Shown here piece by piece: positions 1 through 14,224 of a DNA stretch of 64,000 bases (its first letter is position 1; each line of letters begins with the position of its first letter). The stretch spans positions 11,472,001 to 11,536,000 of the forward strand of contig NW_024704742.1 in assembly GCF_018977255.1 (NCBI RefSeq), read 5' to 3'. The position numbers and the translations under genes were made by a program. The stretch comes from Callorhinchus milii (taxonomy: Eukaryota). The notes under the pieces were generated by a model. The model ran no database searches. It had not been told where the DNA came from and saw only the letters and a list, made by a program, of their open reading frames with translations.

Positions 1-464
1 AATTCAATAAAAAATATACACAGTTGATGGGAGTAGGAGCCTTCCGTGTGAAAATAACTTTTATCTATTAACCAGTATTTATAACTCAACTGTAGATCTT
101 CACAAAATGTCTGCTTTTGCACATAGTTTAGACTCTGGTTGCATCCACACATTTATTTTTGAACCAAGAATTCGGAGGGCGGTGGAAGAGAAGGGAAGAG
201 GATCCAAGAGAACAACACGGTTGAAAAGGACCAGAGAGGAGATCAGTCTAGTCGTGGTTTGAATCAAGATCCTCGTCCTTTTGTCCCATCTCTGCATAGT
301 CTCAAATCTCATCACAGCCTCACGTCCACTACCTCTGTGACCTCTTGCAAATCTACTATCCTCAGCTATTACCTCCGCTAAGCTAACACTGGCCTGCTTC
401 ATATCCATTGCCTGATATAGACAAATTTAGCAAATTTCAGGGGAGGTGGGCCAAGGGAAAAGAC

Positions 465-800
465 ATAATAATAATCCTTGCACTTGACCTTAGAACATCA
501 TTGAACGTCTCAAAGCGCTTCACAGGATTTACTGTAAAAGCCAATTTGTACCCAGGAATGTTCCATAAACAGCCATGAAATGAATGACCATTTTTATTCG
601 GGGATTATTAGTCAGGATACTAGAAGTTTTCTTCTTGTTTCAAATAATGCCCTGGGACCTTTTACATCCATCTGACCAAGCCTCAGTTTAAATCCTCATC
701 CAGTGTTGTGTTGGCATCTCCAGCAATACAGAGCTCCCCCAGCCAAGTTTATGAACTCAAATTCTTGATGTGAGGCTCAAACCCACAACCTTCTGACTTG
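465..800 (-). mobile_element. Old DeuSINE-like element
   Basis: Tail at 465-530; ttcaaataatgccctgggaccttttacatccatctga is the Deu motif in reverse complement; tRNA-like end near 790. Confidence 0.65.
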
Positions 801-1148
801 ACCTTCAATTTTCTGTACCAGTAAAATAGGGAAGACTAAACATGTTGCAATGGTAAGAGAAACATCCTGGAGAGGGCTTTGAAAAAAGATACAGGAACGA
901 TGTGGAAGTCTCAAATGGATTTGGGTTTATTTCATAGAGAGTGAGAAAAGTTCTTGAATGAGAAGGAGATGTTTATCATAAAAGAGGAAACCAGGTTTTG
1001 GGAGTTGTGTTGAGGTCAAAGGAGAAAGTGAGGCTGAGGCGATGAGGGACTAACACTGTTTCAATTCAATTTTCTGAAGTATTCCATTGAATCTGTGCAA
1101 CCAAGAAATTGTGATTGTGGAATAAATTGCATTCTTGGTCATTCATTT

Positions 1149-4100
1149 ACAACAATAACAACAAGATTCCATTTATAGAGTGCCTTTCATGTCGGGAGGA
1201 CGTCCCAAGGCGCTGGACAGTTGGGTCAGGACCCAAGCAAGGGGGAAATGGTCAGGGTGAGGGGAGGGAAGGGAGGGAGCGAGGAGGGGGTAGAGAGTCG
1301 AGAGGGGAGCTGAAGGCACGGTCATAGAGAAAGGTCTTGAGACTAGCCTTGAAGGAGAAAAGGGAGGAAGCAAAGCGAAGGCACTGGGGGATGGAGTTCC
1401 AGAGCCTAGGGGCTGAGAGGCTGAAAGCCCGGCCACCGATGGTAGAGCGGTTGGAGCGGGGGATGTGGAGCAGACCGGAGCCAGAGGAATGGAGTGTACG
1501 GGCAGGTAGGTAGGGGGATAGTAGGTCGGAGAGGTAGGAGGGAGCAAGTGAATGGCCTTGTAGGTGAGGATGAGGATCTTGAATTCGATCCTCTGGGGGA
1601 TGGGGAGCCAGTGGAGGCGAGCGAGGGTGGGAGTGATGTGGTCCCGAGCCTGGTGCGGGACAGTACACGAGCTGCAGAGTTCTGAATGACCTGCAGCTTA
1701 TGGAGGGAGGTGCCGGGAAGGCCGGCGAGGAGAGAGTTCCCGTAGTCCAGCCTTGAGGTGATAAAGGCGTGGACCAGAGTTTCAGCAGCGTGAGCGGTGA
1801 GGTAGTGCCGTAGTCTGGCGATGTTTCGGAGGTGATGGAAGGCGGTGCCAGTTGTGGCGCGGATATGAGGAAGAAAGGACAGCTCAGGGTCGAACAGAAC
1901 GTCGAGGTTCCTGACTGGCTTTAAGAGGTGGAGAGTGCAGCCTTGGATGCTGATGCTGTCAGCGCCTGAGGTGCGGAGGCGCTGACGTGAGCCGATCAGG
2001 AGGGCCTCAGTTTTGCGCGAGTTGAGCTGAAGAAAGTTGTCTCTCGTCCAGGACTCGATGTCAGACAGGCAGCTGTCAGGACATCGGTGGTTGTGGAGTT
2101 AAGGGTAGAGGAGGAAAGGTAGAGTTGGGTGTCATCCGCATACATGTGGAAGTTAACCCCATGTCTGCGGATGATGTCACCAAGGGAGAGCATATAGAGG
2201 GTGAAGAGGAGGGGACCGAGGACAGAGCCCTGAGGGACACCGCACAAGACAGTGCGGGGGCTGGAGGAAAAGCCGTTTGTGGAAACAAAATGAAGACGGT
2301 GGGAAAGGTACGACCTAAACCACTCAAGGACAGGGCCTTGAAGGTTAAGGTGGGAGGACAAGCAGTGGAGGAGGATAGTGTGGTCCACCGTATCGAATGC
2401 TGCCGATAGGTCGAGGAGGACGAGGAGGCAGAAGGAGCCCTGGTCGCAGATGGTCAAGATGTCATTGGTGACCTTGACCAGGGCGGTTTCTGTGCTATGG
2501 GCAGCACGGAAACCCGACTGAAGGGGTACGAATAATGCATGGTGGAGAGGAAAGAGCGCAGCTGGGAGGCGACAACTCTTTCAAGGACCTTGGACAGGAA
2601 GGGGAAGTTGGAGATGGGCCGGTAGCTTGATAGCGGCGACGCATCAAGGGAGGGTTTTTTCAAAGTGGGAGTGATGATAGCAGTTTTTAGGGGAGTGGGA
2701 ACAGAGCCAGAGGAGAGGGACAGGTTGATGATGTCTGTGATAAGTGGGGCAAGGAGGTGGAGCTGAGAGATGAGTGGAGTGGGGATGAGGTCAAGGGAGC
2801 AGGTGGTGGGTTTCAGGGACAGGATGAGTTTGGTGACAAAGGGTGGGGAAACGGGTTCAAAGGTGTGTAGGGGAGGATGGGTAGTAGTCGGAGTGTTGGA
2901 GGGAAGGTGTGGGGGGTGGGGTGGAAGTTGGAGGGGGAGTGACCGCGGAGCGGATTCCCTTGATTTGGATTCAAGGAAATCCAGCATCTCCTCGCAGTGA
3001 AGGTTGGAGGAGATGACCTGCGCGGGGTGGCGGGGGGACGGAGGAGTCGGGATGTGGTAGAAAACAGAAGCCTGGGGTTGTTCTTCGCCTCCAGGATTAT
3101 CCTGGAGTAGAAGGACGACTTGGCCGAGGCTAGAGTGGAGCGGTAGATTTTGAGGAGGTCCAGCCAGATTTGTCGGTGGACCGTTAGGCCAGATTTGAGG
3201 TAGGTGCGTTCAGCGGCCCGCACCTGGCTCTTCAGTGAGCGGAGGTGGGTGGTGAACCAGGGGGAGGAGCGAGAGTAGGAGACAGTATGGGAGGTGATGG
3301 GGGCAAGAGTGTCAAGTGTGGAGGAGAGGGTGTTGTGGAGGAGGGTGAGAGCAGAAGAGGGGTCAGTGAGGGTTGAAGGCCAGAGGGAGAGGAGTTCAGA
3401 GGACTCCAAGGCAGCGGTTAGGGATTGTGGGGTAAGTTCTTCCAGGGACGGTAGAAGATGGTGGTGGGTCTGGTGGAGGTGGGGAGGGGGGTGGAGGTGG
3501 TGAAGGAGATGAAGTGGTGATCGGAGACAGCCTTGTCGGTAATGGTGACATCCGAGACACTGAGGCCCCGGGTGATCACCAAATCGAGTGGGTGGCCGTG
3601 ACTGTGAGTGGGGGAGTTGATGTGGAGGGAGTGGTTGAGCGAGGAGAGCAGGGAAGAGAAGTCCGAGGAGATGGAGCAGGAGGGGGTGAAGTGCAGGTTG
3701 AAGTCCCCCAGGATGATGAGGCGATCAGAGCAGAGGCAGAGAGATGTAAGTAGTGTCGAAATATCAGAGATGAAGATGGGAGAGGTTTTAGGGGGTCGGT
3801 AGAGGAGGATTTTGTGTGAGAGGAAGGAGGGGTGGGAGAGGGTGAGGTGCTCAAAAGAGGGGAAAGAGCCAGAGGAGTAGGGGGATAGGGCAAGTGGTGT
3901 CCTTGAGATAAGGGCTCCACCACCGCCACGGCGGTTGGGGCAAGGGATGTGGTGGGAGGTGTAGCCGGGTGGTGTGGCCTCCGTGAGGGGGAAGGTGTCG
4001 CCTGGGGTGAGCCAGGTTTCCGTTAAGGCCATGATATCAACGTTCTCATCAAGGATGAGATCGTTGATGACCAGGGCCTTGTTACAGAGGGAGCGGACGT

Positions 4101-4521
4101 TTTGTAGTCCGATGTGGAGGGAGCGGTTGACAGAAGGGTGTGTGGGAGGGGAGGGGGTCCAGGTTGTGAGGCAGGGGTGGGGGGAATGGGGATGAGGGAA
4201 GAGAGGTTGGCTCCCCGGGTCTGTGTCCGGGGTGGCTGGCGAGTGTGGTGGGGAATGGGGCAGTCGGTGTGGCTGCTGCTGGACAGCCAACGCCGAGTGC
4301 CACGGTGAGCCCGGCGGAGGATTCCCAGGGTGGAGCAGAGGGAGGTTGTGGGAGGGTCAAGTGGGGATAGAAGGCGAGAGGGACGGAGAGAGAGGAGGAC
4401 AGAGCGGGAGAGATGCAGAGGGAGGAGGGTTTGGTGGGAGAGAGAAGGGGGGAGGGGGTGAGGGGGTGAGGGTCAGAGCGGCAGCCATAATGCGCACGCG
4501 GGGACCAGGAGCGAGCGGTTA
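1149..4521 (-). mobile_element. L2-clade LINE, near full length (~3.4 kb), frameshifted EN-RT ORF (copy A)
   Basis: APE endonuclease motifs (LQNVRSL, ALTETWL, LGDFN, LDLVIT, SDHH) in ORF 3418-4290. RT motifs ([32 protein letters not shown]) at 1996-2987. L2-type C-terminus, 3' UTR and (GTT)n tail at 1149-1165. Candidate ATG at 4488. Confidence 0.93.
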
Positions 4522-7500
4522 CATTCCATGTACTTTAAGGCAGGCCCATAGTTTAGTGGGGAGAAATCGCTGGAACATTTTTCTTGCAGCAGTTAATCTC
4601 TGAAATATGCCAGGCATGTCATCTTCCCCAACTCTCACACAATATAAAATCAATGTCCACAGACCAGTCCTCTGTTCTTTTTCTCCATTTGTCAGCAGTG
4701 TTTGTTCTCCCATTGGGAAGTGTAGCCTTTCTGTTCTTTCTTTTTAATTGGATGATCACACCTTTGCTGGTGTTCTTGTTTTGACTCTGTTAAATATGAG
4801 GTGTCACATCAAATTTCTTTCACGGAGTTTTGTACGTTTATAGTTAACACTCCAGTGCGCTTGTTCTTAAATACTCCTTGTCGTGCAGAGTTTCCCAGTA
4901 ATTGACTTGTGGCATAGCATTAGCAGAAGGTTTGTAGAGATAATACTAGGAGGGGGAACGCAAGAATATTTGAGTATTCTTCTTGGAAGACAAGAATATT
5001 GAAGCAGATAATGGCTGTGTTTCCAATCAGTCTATCAGTGATCCTTTCTACATGCTTAGCAGGAAGCATCTTAGGATTTGTGCTCTCAAATCCTAACGTG
5101 GTCCCACTGCCCAATAAAGCATCAGTCTGGTCTTTAATATTAGTTCACTTTACAAAGTCAGGAGTTGTGCTTGACAACTTATGAGCTTATGTAATGTTCT
5201 GGAAAGCTTGCAACATTTGCCCAATCGAAGCTTCAGATCTCATTCCATCAGGATTACGTTTTAGTGGTTGCAATCTTTAATTGATTTCAAGTTAAAATTC
5301 AATAGAAGATCTCATCCCCTGGTGCTAGTAGTTATAGCAATAGAAGGACATGAATGTTCAGGCCTTTCTTCCAACTCTTGAGACTACAATTAAATTAATA
5401 ATTTTTATCAAATTGTATGTTCTCTTCTGTACTGCGTTTTTAGGCAAGGCACTGCATTTACAGCAAGTAAAATCCAGTTGGACTGAGAACTTAAACTTGC
5501 CTGAATGGAATAAAGTTTATTTTTCTTTGGTGATTTGAATGTTCCCGCCATTTCTCCTGTGGAGCATTGTGGCCAAATTACCACCAAGAAAGAGTTCATT
5601 GTGTGTTTTCTTTTGCCCAGATCTCTCTGTTTCAGAAATTGTCAAAAGGGAAGCAAAATAGCGTTTTATTTCGAAATATCTCAATAGATAGGTTATACCT
5701 CATTTGACGTTCTCACGTTGCTTCAGATATCCATTTTAACCTTCCCCATATGAGGTGATTTTACAAAGTCTGTATTCAATTAGAATCAATTTTGCATGGA
5801 ATCATTCTGCACCTACAAGTGCAGAACAGTAAGCAATAGGTGTTGTTACCTTTTATATGAGGAATGCAGATATTATGTGTGAGAGAGATAATATATAAAC
5901 AGTACACTTATATTCTGTTGACTTGGTCCATTTTAAAATTGAAGGCTTTTTGCATTGTATCAATGCTGTTACCACAGCAATTGTAGCAACTATCTGTAAG
6001 GATTTTCTGAGATGTCAGTTGTTCAAATAAAAGTGTTCTTTTTGTACAGCAGGTTTCCAATTCACTTATCCGATTGACACCTCAAATTAAACAGCATTAT
6101 GTAAATCTCTCCAGCAAAGCATTAATCGAATAACCTCTACTTCTGCCATTGTATGATCTTGAACCAAATATCAGCTGATGACCCTTTGTGTAACAACTAA
6201 CACTAGGCATTTCCAGGGACAAATAAGTATCCACACCAAAAAATATGTGTTCAGCGTCAAAGTGAATATTACATATGAAGTTGTTGAATTTATTTATTTT
6301 AATTCATGAAGGTATGTGATATCAGAACCGCTCGCCTGAGGACAGTGTTCCTTTATGTAGTTCCTTTGCATTAAACAACTTTGTGCGGTTGTTTAATCTG
6401 GGGAATGTGAGAGAATGTGCCAGAGTTGTAATCACTTCATCTGAACTCTCAATTTGCTTTGCATTCCCATCTGCCTTGTTCCATATATAACACAAGCACA
6501 TTAGGTCCACGTTCCAAATTGTACTGGTAGATTTTTGCATTGCATGTACTTGAGTATATCAGACCTTAATGACTTCCACAACCTGCTTCATTGTGGCTTC
6601 CTACTCAGCCAGATGAGCTGGAAACTGAAAACCGCATTCATCTGAAAGAGCCATTAAGGAGTCACTTCCAGAAAAGAAATCAGTTAGCGATTAATTATAC
6701 TATCAAAGTTATATTTTTGACCTTTTTGGCTAGTGCCTTGTAGTTGTAATTTAAAACTTCTATCAGCAACAGCTATAGATCATTCAGTGCTTTGTGTTCA
6801 GGGAAAATGACAGATAAGACTCATTCCAGGTCACTAAGTAAATGCTTTAATCAAAAAGACCGATACTTCCATTCATTATCCCAGTCTTATCAGTCAGAGA
6901 AGTTTATTTTTAATGTGTGTTCAGGTTTTCTAAGATTGGTTGTCTTTTTTTTATTATAAGATTACTTGTCTCTTCTATTTTATGTCTCTATCATTGACCT
7001 TTGTCAGCTTTGCACAGCATCGGGCTACTTCAATAGGAAGCCAGTTTTATTGGACTAATGAGATCGCTGGACAAAAAATTCCCAAACTGGTTCCAGCATT
7101 GACTGATATGTGCTGAGTTTTCAAACACGCAGCTTGGCAAAAGACTAATGAGATTTCGATGGGGACACAACAAATGAGAAGAGACATCAAGCTAGAAAAA
7201 TACACCATTCCTTAGAGCAAAGGAATGTCTATTGAATCATGTCTAAATATGGCACAATGAGATGAGCATTGAATTATCTCCATCCAAAATGTTTGATCTT
7301 TATCAGTTGACCAATATCTCAATTGTATCTAGTTCAGACTGTTCTGTTCTGCTGCAATTGTCTCTATAGGATTTGGCATACAATGCAGGATGGTGTTTGG
7401 CTTTAGCAATCTCTGGGAGGAAAGAAATATTTGGCTGCAGTGTGTCGTGTTGGGAATGTGTGAAGGTGTATTTTTGAAGTCCAAACCCAACTTCTACCAA

Positions 7501-7607
7501 GTCTAAACCCAAAAGGTGATCAAGGAAGCAAGGAATGGGACCATGACTTGAATTTATTGATAATCAATTGAAAGTTTCAATAACAGGGATTCTGAGGATA
7601 TGAGACT

Positions 7608-7968
7608 ATAATAATAATATTCCTTGCATTTGATTTAGCGTTTTATCACATCTTCTAGAGGTGTCAAAGCGCTTCACAGAATATACTGTAAAGTGAATTG
7701 ACTGCATATTTTTTGGGTGAAACATGGCAGCCAGTTGCCTACAAACAGTCGTGGATTGAGTGACCAAATCATTTATATCTGTTTTGAAGGAATTATTACC
7801 CCTGGAAAAGCGATCCATCAATCGACTAACAACCGGGTTCCTACTTACTACAAGGTTAACAGAGGCGTGTGGAGTAAGGAAACCTGCCCAATGTTTCGCC
7901 CTGCCGGGAATCAAACCCAGGTCTCACTAGCGAGGCGAGTGCTGTAACCACTAAGCTACAGGACTCCA
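7608..7968 (-). mobile_element. tRNA-derived SINE, long subfamily, full length
   Basis: Reverse complement of tggagtcctgtagcttagtggtt head, B-box, body and aaatgcaagga(att)n tail. Confidence 0.9.
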
Positions 7969-8847
7969 TATGGTTTGCCAAAGATAGTTACCTCAGTCGG
8001 GGGCAGCAGGATCTTCAGGAGTGGAAGAAAATCAAAAGTAATGAATGACTGAATTGAAGGAGAAAGCTATGAAGGAATTAACAGTAGAGAAAGAGGTAAA
8101 AGTTATAAACAGCAGGAAAACTAAATATTAAGCAAACACGAGAACAGAATGAAAGAATGTGCATTTTATATAATTCGAACATTTCAGATAAGTACTGTCA
8201 AGTGTAGTGATTGTTTTTGTAGGCAGACACAGCAGATATTTTGTATGAGGTGAATGACCAATTATATTCTGGCCAGAATACATGGAAAAAACTATCTTCT
8301 CTTCAAATAAGTATCCACACCGAAAATGGTCTGATTTGTTCAGTCGCTTCACTGTCACCACTAATTCCTATGTTGTCAACATCTGTTCTCCAGCTTCATG
8401 CGGTGCTGTTATTCTGCCACTGGGTTTGATTTATCATCTAACCACGCTTGGAGATGACTGAAAACATTTTGCACCAAAGCATTGAATTCCACATTTATGT
8501 GGCTTGGTTAGAAAGTCTTCAATGGAATTATCGTCTATCTCATTCATTTTCTCTGCAGCCCTATTCTCTCTGTCCTTTTCATTGTTTTTTTCATAGACGT
8601 CTAGAAGACGTGAAAAACACTATATCAAATGCAAGCATTATCATTATTATTGTTAACTTTTTTTTCAAACAATTATAGACTTTTTTTCCCCTCTAACAAT
8701 TTCTATCCATAAACTTTCTCTTACTTAGTAGCTCCGCCATCCATTTTGGGAGTCACTTAATTCATGTGTTGTTTTTAGTTGTTGTTGTCTGAAACCAAGT
8801 TTTCCAAGTTAGTTATGCAGGCAATGAAGCAATAAGGTGAAATATTG

Positions 8848-9320
8848 ATAGGAACATAGGAACAGGAGTAGGCCATTCAGCCCCTTGAGCCTGTTCCGTC
8901 ATTCTTTTTGATCATGGCTGATCTGTACCTCAACTCCAATTACCTGACTTTGCCCCATATCCTTTGATACCCTTACCTAACAAATAGCTATCCACCTCAG
9001 TCTTGAAAATTTGAATGGATCCAGCATCCACAGCATTTCTGGGGAGAGAGTTTCAGATTTCCACTACACTTTGCGTGAAAAATATGCTTCCAGATTTCAC
9101 TCCTAAATGGCCCAGCTCTAATTTTAAGATGATGGCACCTTGTTCTGGATTCGCCCACTATAGGAAATAGTTAATCTGTAGCTACCCTTTCAAATCCCTT
9201 TATTATTTTAAAAACCTCAATCAGATTACCCTCAACCTCCTAAACTCAAGAGAATACAGATCAAGTTTATGCAACCTGTCCTCATAATTTAACTGTTTAA
9301 GCCCTGGTATTATTTTGGTG
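8848..9320 (-). mobile_element. Older CR1 3' fragment (different subfamily)
   Basis: ataggaacataggaacaggagtaggccattcagcccc tail followed by degenerate CR1 3' UTR and RT end. Confidence 0.75.
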
Positions 9321-9847
9321 CCAGTGATCATGTTTCTTTTTTAGCGCTGGTATTTGCATGGTTTATTTAAAAAATATTTTTGAATCTGTTCACTGAGTTA
9401 ACTGATCTCAGCTGGGGCAGAAATTGGTGCACTCTAATTGACCTTGGCAGAGTTGTAGTAATAAATAAAAATCATCATCCTTGCATTTGATGTTGTGCCT
9501 TATCACGTCAGCAAGACCTCTCAAAGAAGCGCTTCCCAGGACATACTTTAAAGTGGTGTGACTGCGCATGTTTTTGGGCCTGGGCGGCAGCCTCTGTGCA
9601 TACAGCAATGTCCCAGAAAGAGGCTTCCATTCCAGAGTCAAGAAAAAGCCACAGCCAACTGTTGTTTCTATTCCTTGTCCAAAGAAACTTTCTGGAAGGC
9701 ATATGTGTGGATGTCGATGAGGGTAGGATCAATCCAGCTGTGATGCTTCTCAGTTCTTTTCATCCTCCTCTCTCACCACCACCACCTCCAAGGTCATATA
9801 GCCTGCCAGCACTCGCTACTGAACTCATACATATATACTCATGCATA

Positions 9848-10005
9848 TTCAATCCACGACTGTGTGTGGGACACTGCTGTGTGCAATTGGCTGCCTCGTT
9901 TCGCCCACAAAATATGCAGTCACTACACTTTACAGTATATTCTGTGAAGCTCTTGAAGACGTGATAAGGTGCTATATCAAATGCAAGGATTATTATGATT
10001 GATTA
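9848..10005 (+). mobile_element. SINE 3' half
   Basis: tcaatccacgactgtgtgtgggacactgctgtgtgcaattggctg ... aaatgcaaggattattat. Confidence 0.85.
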
Positions 10006-10276
10006 TTACTGACTACTTGAGTGAGGTACTGGAGGGCATCAGATGAACTGTACCTTAGTGGAAGGAGAAAATTGGAATGGATACTTGGCTAGAGATGAAA
10101 AAATATGTTTGGACTGTATGGTTCAGTATACTGTCAGCACTAAAGAACTAATCTCTTTTGACAGTTCTTAAAGAGCAATTCATAATGCTCCATTCCAAGT
10201 TCAGCAGTATATATTTTTCGAAGAGGTGGGTTCAATAAAATCAGCTTCCATTCAATGGGTCAAGATATGGTTAGAG

Positions 10277-10527
10277 TAATAATAATATTAATAATCCTTG
10301 CATTTGATATAGCACCTTATCACCTCTTCGAGATGTCTCAAAGCACCTCACAGAATATACTGTAAAGTGAATTGACTGTATATTTTGTGGGCGAAACGAG
10401 GCAGCCAATTGCACATAGCAGTATCCCACAAACAGTTGTGGATTGAGTGACCAAATTATTTTTATTAATTTCGAAGGAATTATTACCCCCGATAAAGCGA
10501 TCCGCCAGTCGACTAACAACCGGGTTC
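10277..10527 (-). mobile_element. SINE body and tail, head missing
   Basis: Reverse complement of the long-subfamily body. Confidence 0.88.
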
Positions 10528-11829
10528 ATAGTCCAAAGTTTGACTTTTCAGAATAATACTTTGAAATTTACAACAAAACCAAAAGCTGATTCGAGCCGAT
10601 TCTGCAGTGGTGTGGGTTGCTGTGCTCCAAAGCCTTTTGAGCCTCCGTGAAGATTTGTTACTGTCAGCTGAAAACCTAGCTAGGAATTTCCTACCATCCA
10701 ATTCTGCAGTAATCGCTGAAATGGATTGATCTGATGGGAAGGGGAAAGAACCAAGTTACTGTTCCTACAACCTCAGGTGTGCAATGCAGCAGTTTTTCAA
10801 TGACTAAGACGGAGAGAATATCCAAATCATGGAAACAAGTAAAAAGCCTCTCAAATAGGCCCCTTGTTCAGAATAGTGGATGAAGACTGTCCTATACCAG
10901 TGGCACTGTTCAGCATGAAACCATTTCAGAAAGTGTGTGTATGAAAATAAAACAGTAGTTTTTTTGTGTAGAAATCTTATTTCCAATACATTCTAATTAA
11001 CGATATAGCATATAAGAACACCTCTTGCTTTGTGCACCTGTTTAGATAAAATATTGATATATATCAATTTTTTTATGTAAAATAAAGCTTTGCAGACTTG
11101 CTGAACTATTCTATTCTCCTCAACTATTCTCCTGAACTATTCTCCTGAGGCAGGGCCTGGATAGGATATTTGCTGTCACATAAATCACCCTCGACGGATG
11201 TTCTTTGAGGTCTTTGGTTGGTCAGATACCAATATTTGTCTGCTCTTTGGGCAATCAAGTTTTACTTATAAGCACAAGGGAAAATTAATATTTAAGCCTC
11301 GTCTCTCTCTAACTTCAGACAGAGTTGTCTTGACCCGTACTTCTGTTTGCTTTGACCTGCTGTCAGAATGACACTGTAGCTTGTGCAAAGCTGTGGATTC
11401 TCTGCTGTATTCTGTTGCATGCAATGTTTTGTTGTTGTTGAGATATCCAGCTATAAAATAGGCTTCCTCCTTAACAGGCTAACGCTTGTAGTTTGCAAGC
11501 CAGTGTGTGATGGAGTCTTCATTCCCCTCTAAGGAATTGCACCCATGAAACTCTGGTGGCAGAGAGGCATTAAGTCGGTGACACAAAAAGCTTCAAATTC
11601 CACAAAGTTTTAGCCATTTATGACCATTCAGTCTATAAATTTAAGATTGCACAGAATTGTGGAATTGGAAGCAGCTTCTAAATTGAGATTGAATTGGACA
11701 TTTTTATAGTTCTGTGCTGTTTTAAATTTTTCAGCAAAATGGTCTTACAGGTTAAGGTGAAGTCACTTTTCAGGTCTTAGATATATTTGAAAATGCTGGG
11801 ACTATTATTGCAGACATGGCTCTTTAAAA

Positions 11830-12560
11830 GTGTGCAACAGGCCTGAGGTAGTGAACAGGAGAATGGGCCTGGAGCAGTTTACAGAGATTGGGTGAAGCAA
11901 GAGCATGGAGGCATTTGAAAGGCAGAATGAGAATCTTGAAATTGACGCTGGGGAATAGGGAGCCAGTGGAGCCTGGCAATGGCGGGAGTGATGGGCATGA
12001 GTGCAGCGTTTTGAATCTGATGAAGTTTGTGGAAGCTTGTGCTGGGAAATCAGGCATTGGAAAAAAAAGGCATGAAAGAGTCTTTTGGTAGCATTGGGGG
12101 TGAGGCAGCGATAGAGTCGAGTGATATTACGGAGGTGGAGGAAAGCGCAGTTGGTGAAGGATCTGATGAAAGGCTTAAAGGGGAATTGAGGGTTGAACAA
12201 AATGCCAAGTGCGTGCAACTTGCTTGCTGAGCTGGTGTGAGCAGGCGAGAAAGTTGTTATAGTCAAAGCCAAAGGTGAGAAGGCACTGGCAGGAGCCAAG
12301 CAGGATATCTTAGGTTTTGCTGACCAGTTAAAGGATATTAAGACTCCTGCAGGAGTTAATGTCTCTGTTCAGCAGTGGCCCCAGAGTCAAGGGTGTGAAC
12401 AGCAAGTTAGATTTGGATGTTATCTGACTACTTATGGAAATAGATCCATTTCTATGGTTGATGCCATAAAGGGGGAGCATATACATTAGGGAAAGGAAAG
12501 GACAAAAGATAGAGCGCCAACATCGCATTAAACATCATAAGAATGTTTGAACAGATAAGA
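11830..12560 (-). mobile_element. Old degenerate L2 fragment
   Basis: Degenerate L2 peptides (LGILFNPQ, AFLHLRNITRL, FKILIL). Confidence 0.7.
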
Positions 12561-13254
12561 ATGAAATCATGTATATTTGGAGACTTGCAGGGACAGGGAG
12601 GAAAATGGCATAAAAGTATTGAGTGCTGGACAGCGTTGAATACTTTAGGCGGCACTGTTATTACTATTGTTAAGGGGGACCATGATCATGGACTGAGAGG
12701 ATATTGTTGGTGACTTTGAAGAGAGTCGAGCTAATGCTGTGAGGTGTTCTAAGGAAGAGGAGGAGCCAGAGGTGTAACAACAACACATTACATTTGTATA
12801 ACGCCTTTCACGTCAGGAGGACGTCCCAAGGTGCTGGACAGTCAGGGATCCGCACCTGAGTTGGTGGTTTGGAGGTGTAAGGGGGTGACCGAAGGCACAG
12901 TCCAAGAGAAGGCTCTTGAGACACAGGTCAAGTGGATATTGGGAGATGATTGCCATTGCCACTGCCACAATGGTTAGGACAGAGCTGATTGTGGAATATT
13001 CACCTTGACAGAACGACCTGGATGAGAGGGAATGATTTGCTGGGGTGAGACAGGTTTCAGTGGGTCCCAGGATGTAAAAAGCATTCATAAGGTTGCGGAT
13101 GGGGCGAGTTTTGACTGCCAGTAACTGTATGTTTTGTCCGACAATATGCAGTGGTTGGGCAGTTGGACAGTTCACTCGCAGTGGGATGGTCTATTAATTA
13201 GCATTGTAAGAAGATTTGCCATCAGTGCAGATTGGGCCTGTTTTTCTAAACAAA

Positions 13255-13620
13255 TTGGATCACTTAATCCACAATTTTTTATGGGACATTGCTGTGTGAA
13301 TTCCGCGTTTCGACCACAAAGTATACAGTCAATTCTGTTTACCTAGCAGTAACTAGGAACCTGGTTGTTAGTCAATTAGTGGATCGCTTTTCCGGGGGTA
13401 ATAATCCCTTCAAAAAAGCAATAATAATATTTTGGTCACTCAATCCATGACTGTTTATGGCACACTGCTGTGCACAAATAGGCTGCCGCATTTCACTCCC
13501 AAAAATCAGTTCGCTTTACAGTATATTCTATGAAGCTCTTTGAGACATCACAATGACGTGATAAGATGCAAGGTTCATTACTATTATTAGTAGTAATGCA
13601 AGGTTCATTACTATTATTAT
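13255..13620 (+). mobile_element. Rearranged SINE (partial body, then second body, duplicated tail)
   Basis: Body segment at 13255-13335 precedes a tacctagcag-start body; atgcaaggttcattactattatta occurs twice at 13566-13619. Confidence 0.8.
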
Positions 13621-13950
13621 TTAACTCTGGTTCCTTACACATTCAAGGTCTTCAACACTAACCATTTGAACAAAAAATAGTTTTAGAAGTCAAATGTAGA
13701 GGGAGGGAAAGTTTTTTTTCTTTAACATTAACTGTAATTCTTTGCAGCTCGAAGTTTAAAACTTCAACCTTTTGAAAGATACACGTAGATGACTTGTATT
13801 ATTCTCTCTGTCGAATGGGCTGATCACGTGTAAGAGTATACTTCCAACAGAACTGGGTTCATTGTACAATTGTCTACAATTGAGCCTGGACAGTGAGCAT
13901 TGACAGACTATTGGGACTGTAGGCAGCAGTCTGTCCTCCCCTTACAGATA

Positions 13951-14224
13951 ACAATAATAATAATAATGAAACAGTTGATAATAATAATCCTTGCATTTGA
14001 TATAGCACCTTATCACTTCTTCGAGATGTCTCAAGGTGCTTCACAGAGTATACTGTAAAGTGAATTGACTGTCTATTTTGTGGGTGAAAAGCAGCAGCCA
14101 ATTGCGCACAGCAGTGTCCCACAAATAGTCAAGTGATGAGTGGCCAATTTATTACTATTATTTTTGAAGGAATTATTACCCCCGGAAAAGCAATCCGCCA
14201 CGCGACTAACAACTGAGTTCCTAA
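13951..14224 (-). mobile_element. SINE body and tail, head missing
   Basis: Reverse complement of the long-subfamily body. Confidence 0.87.

Noticed and set aside
11101..11148. Short tandem repeat of aactattctcctg
   Set aside because: About three degenerate units; ordinary slippage.
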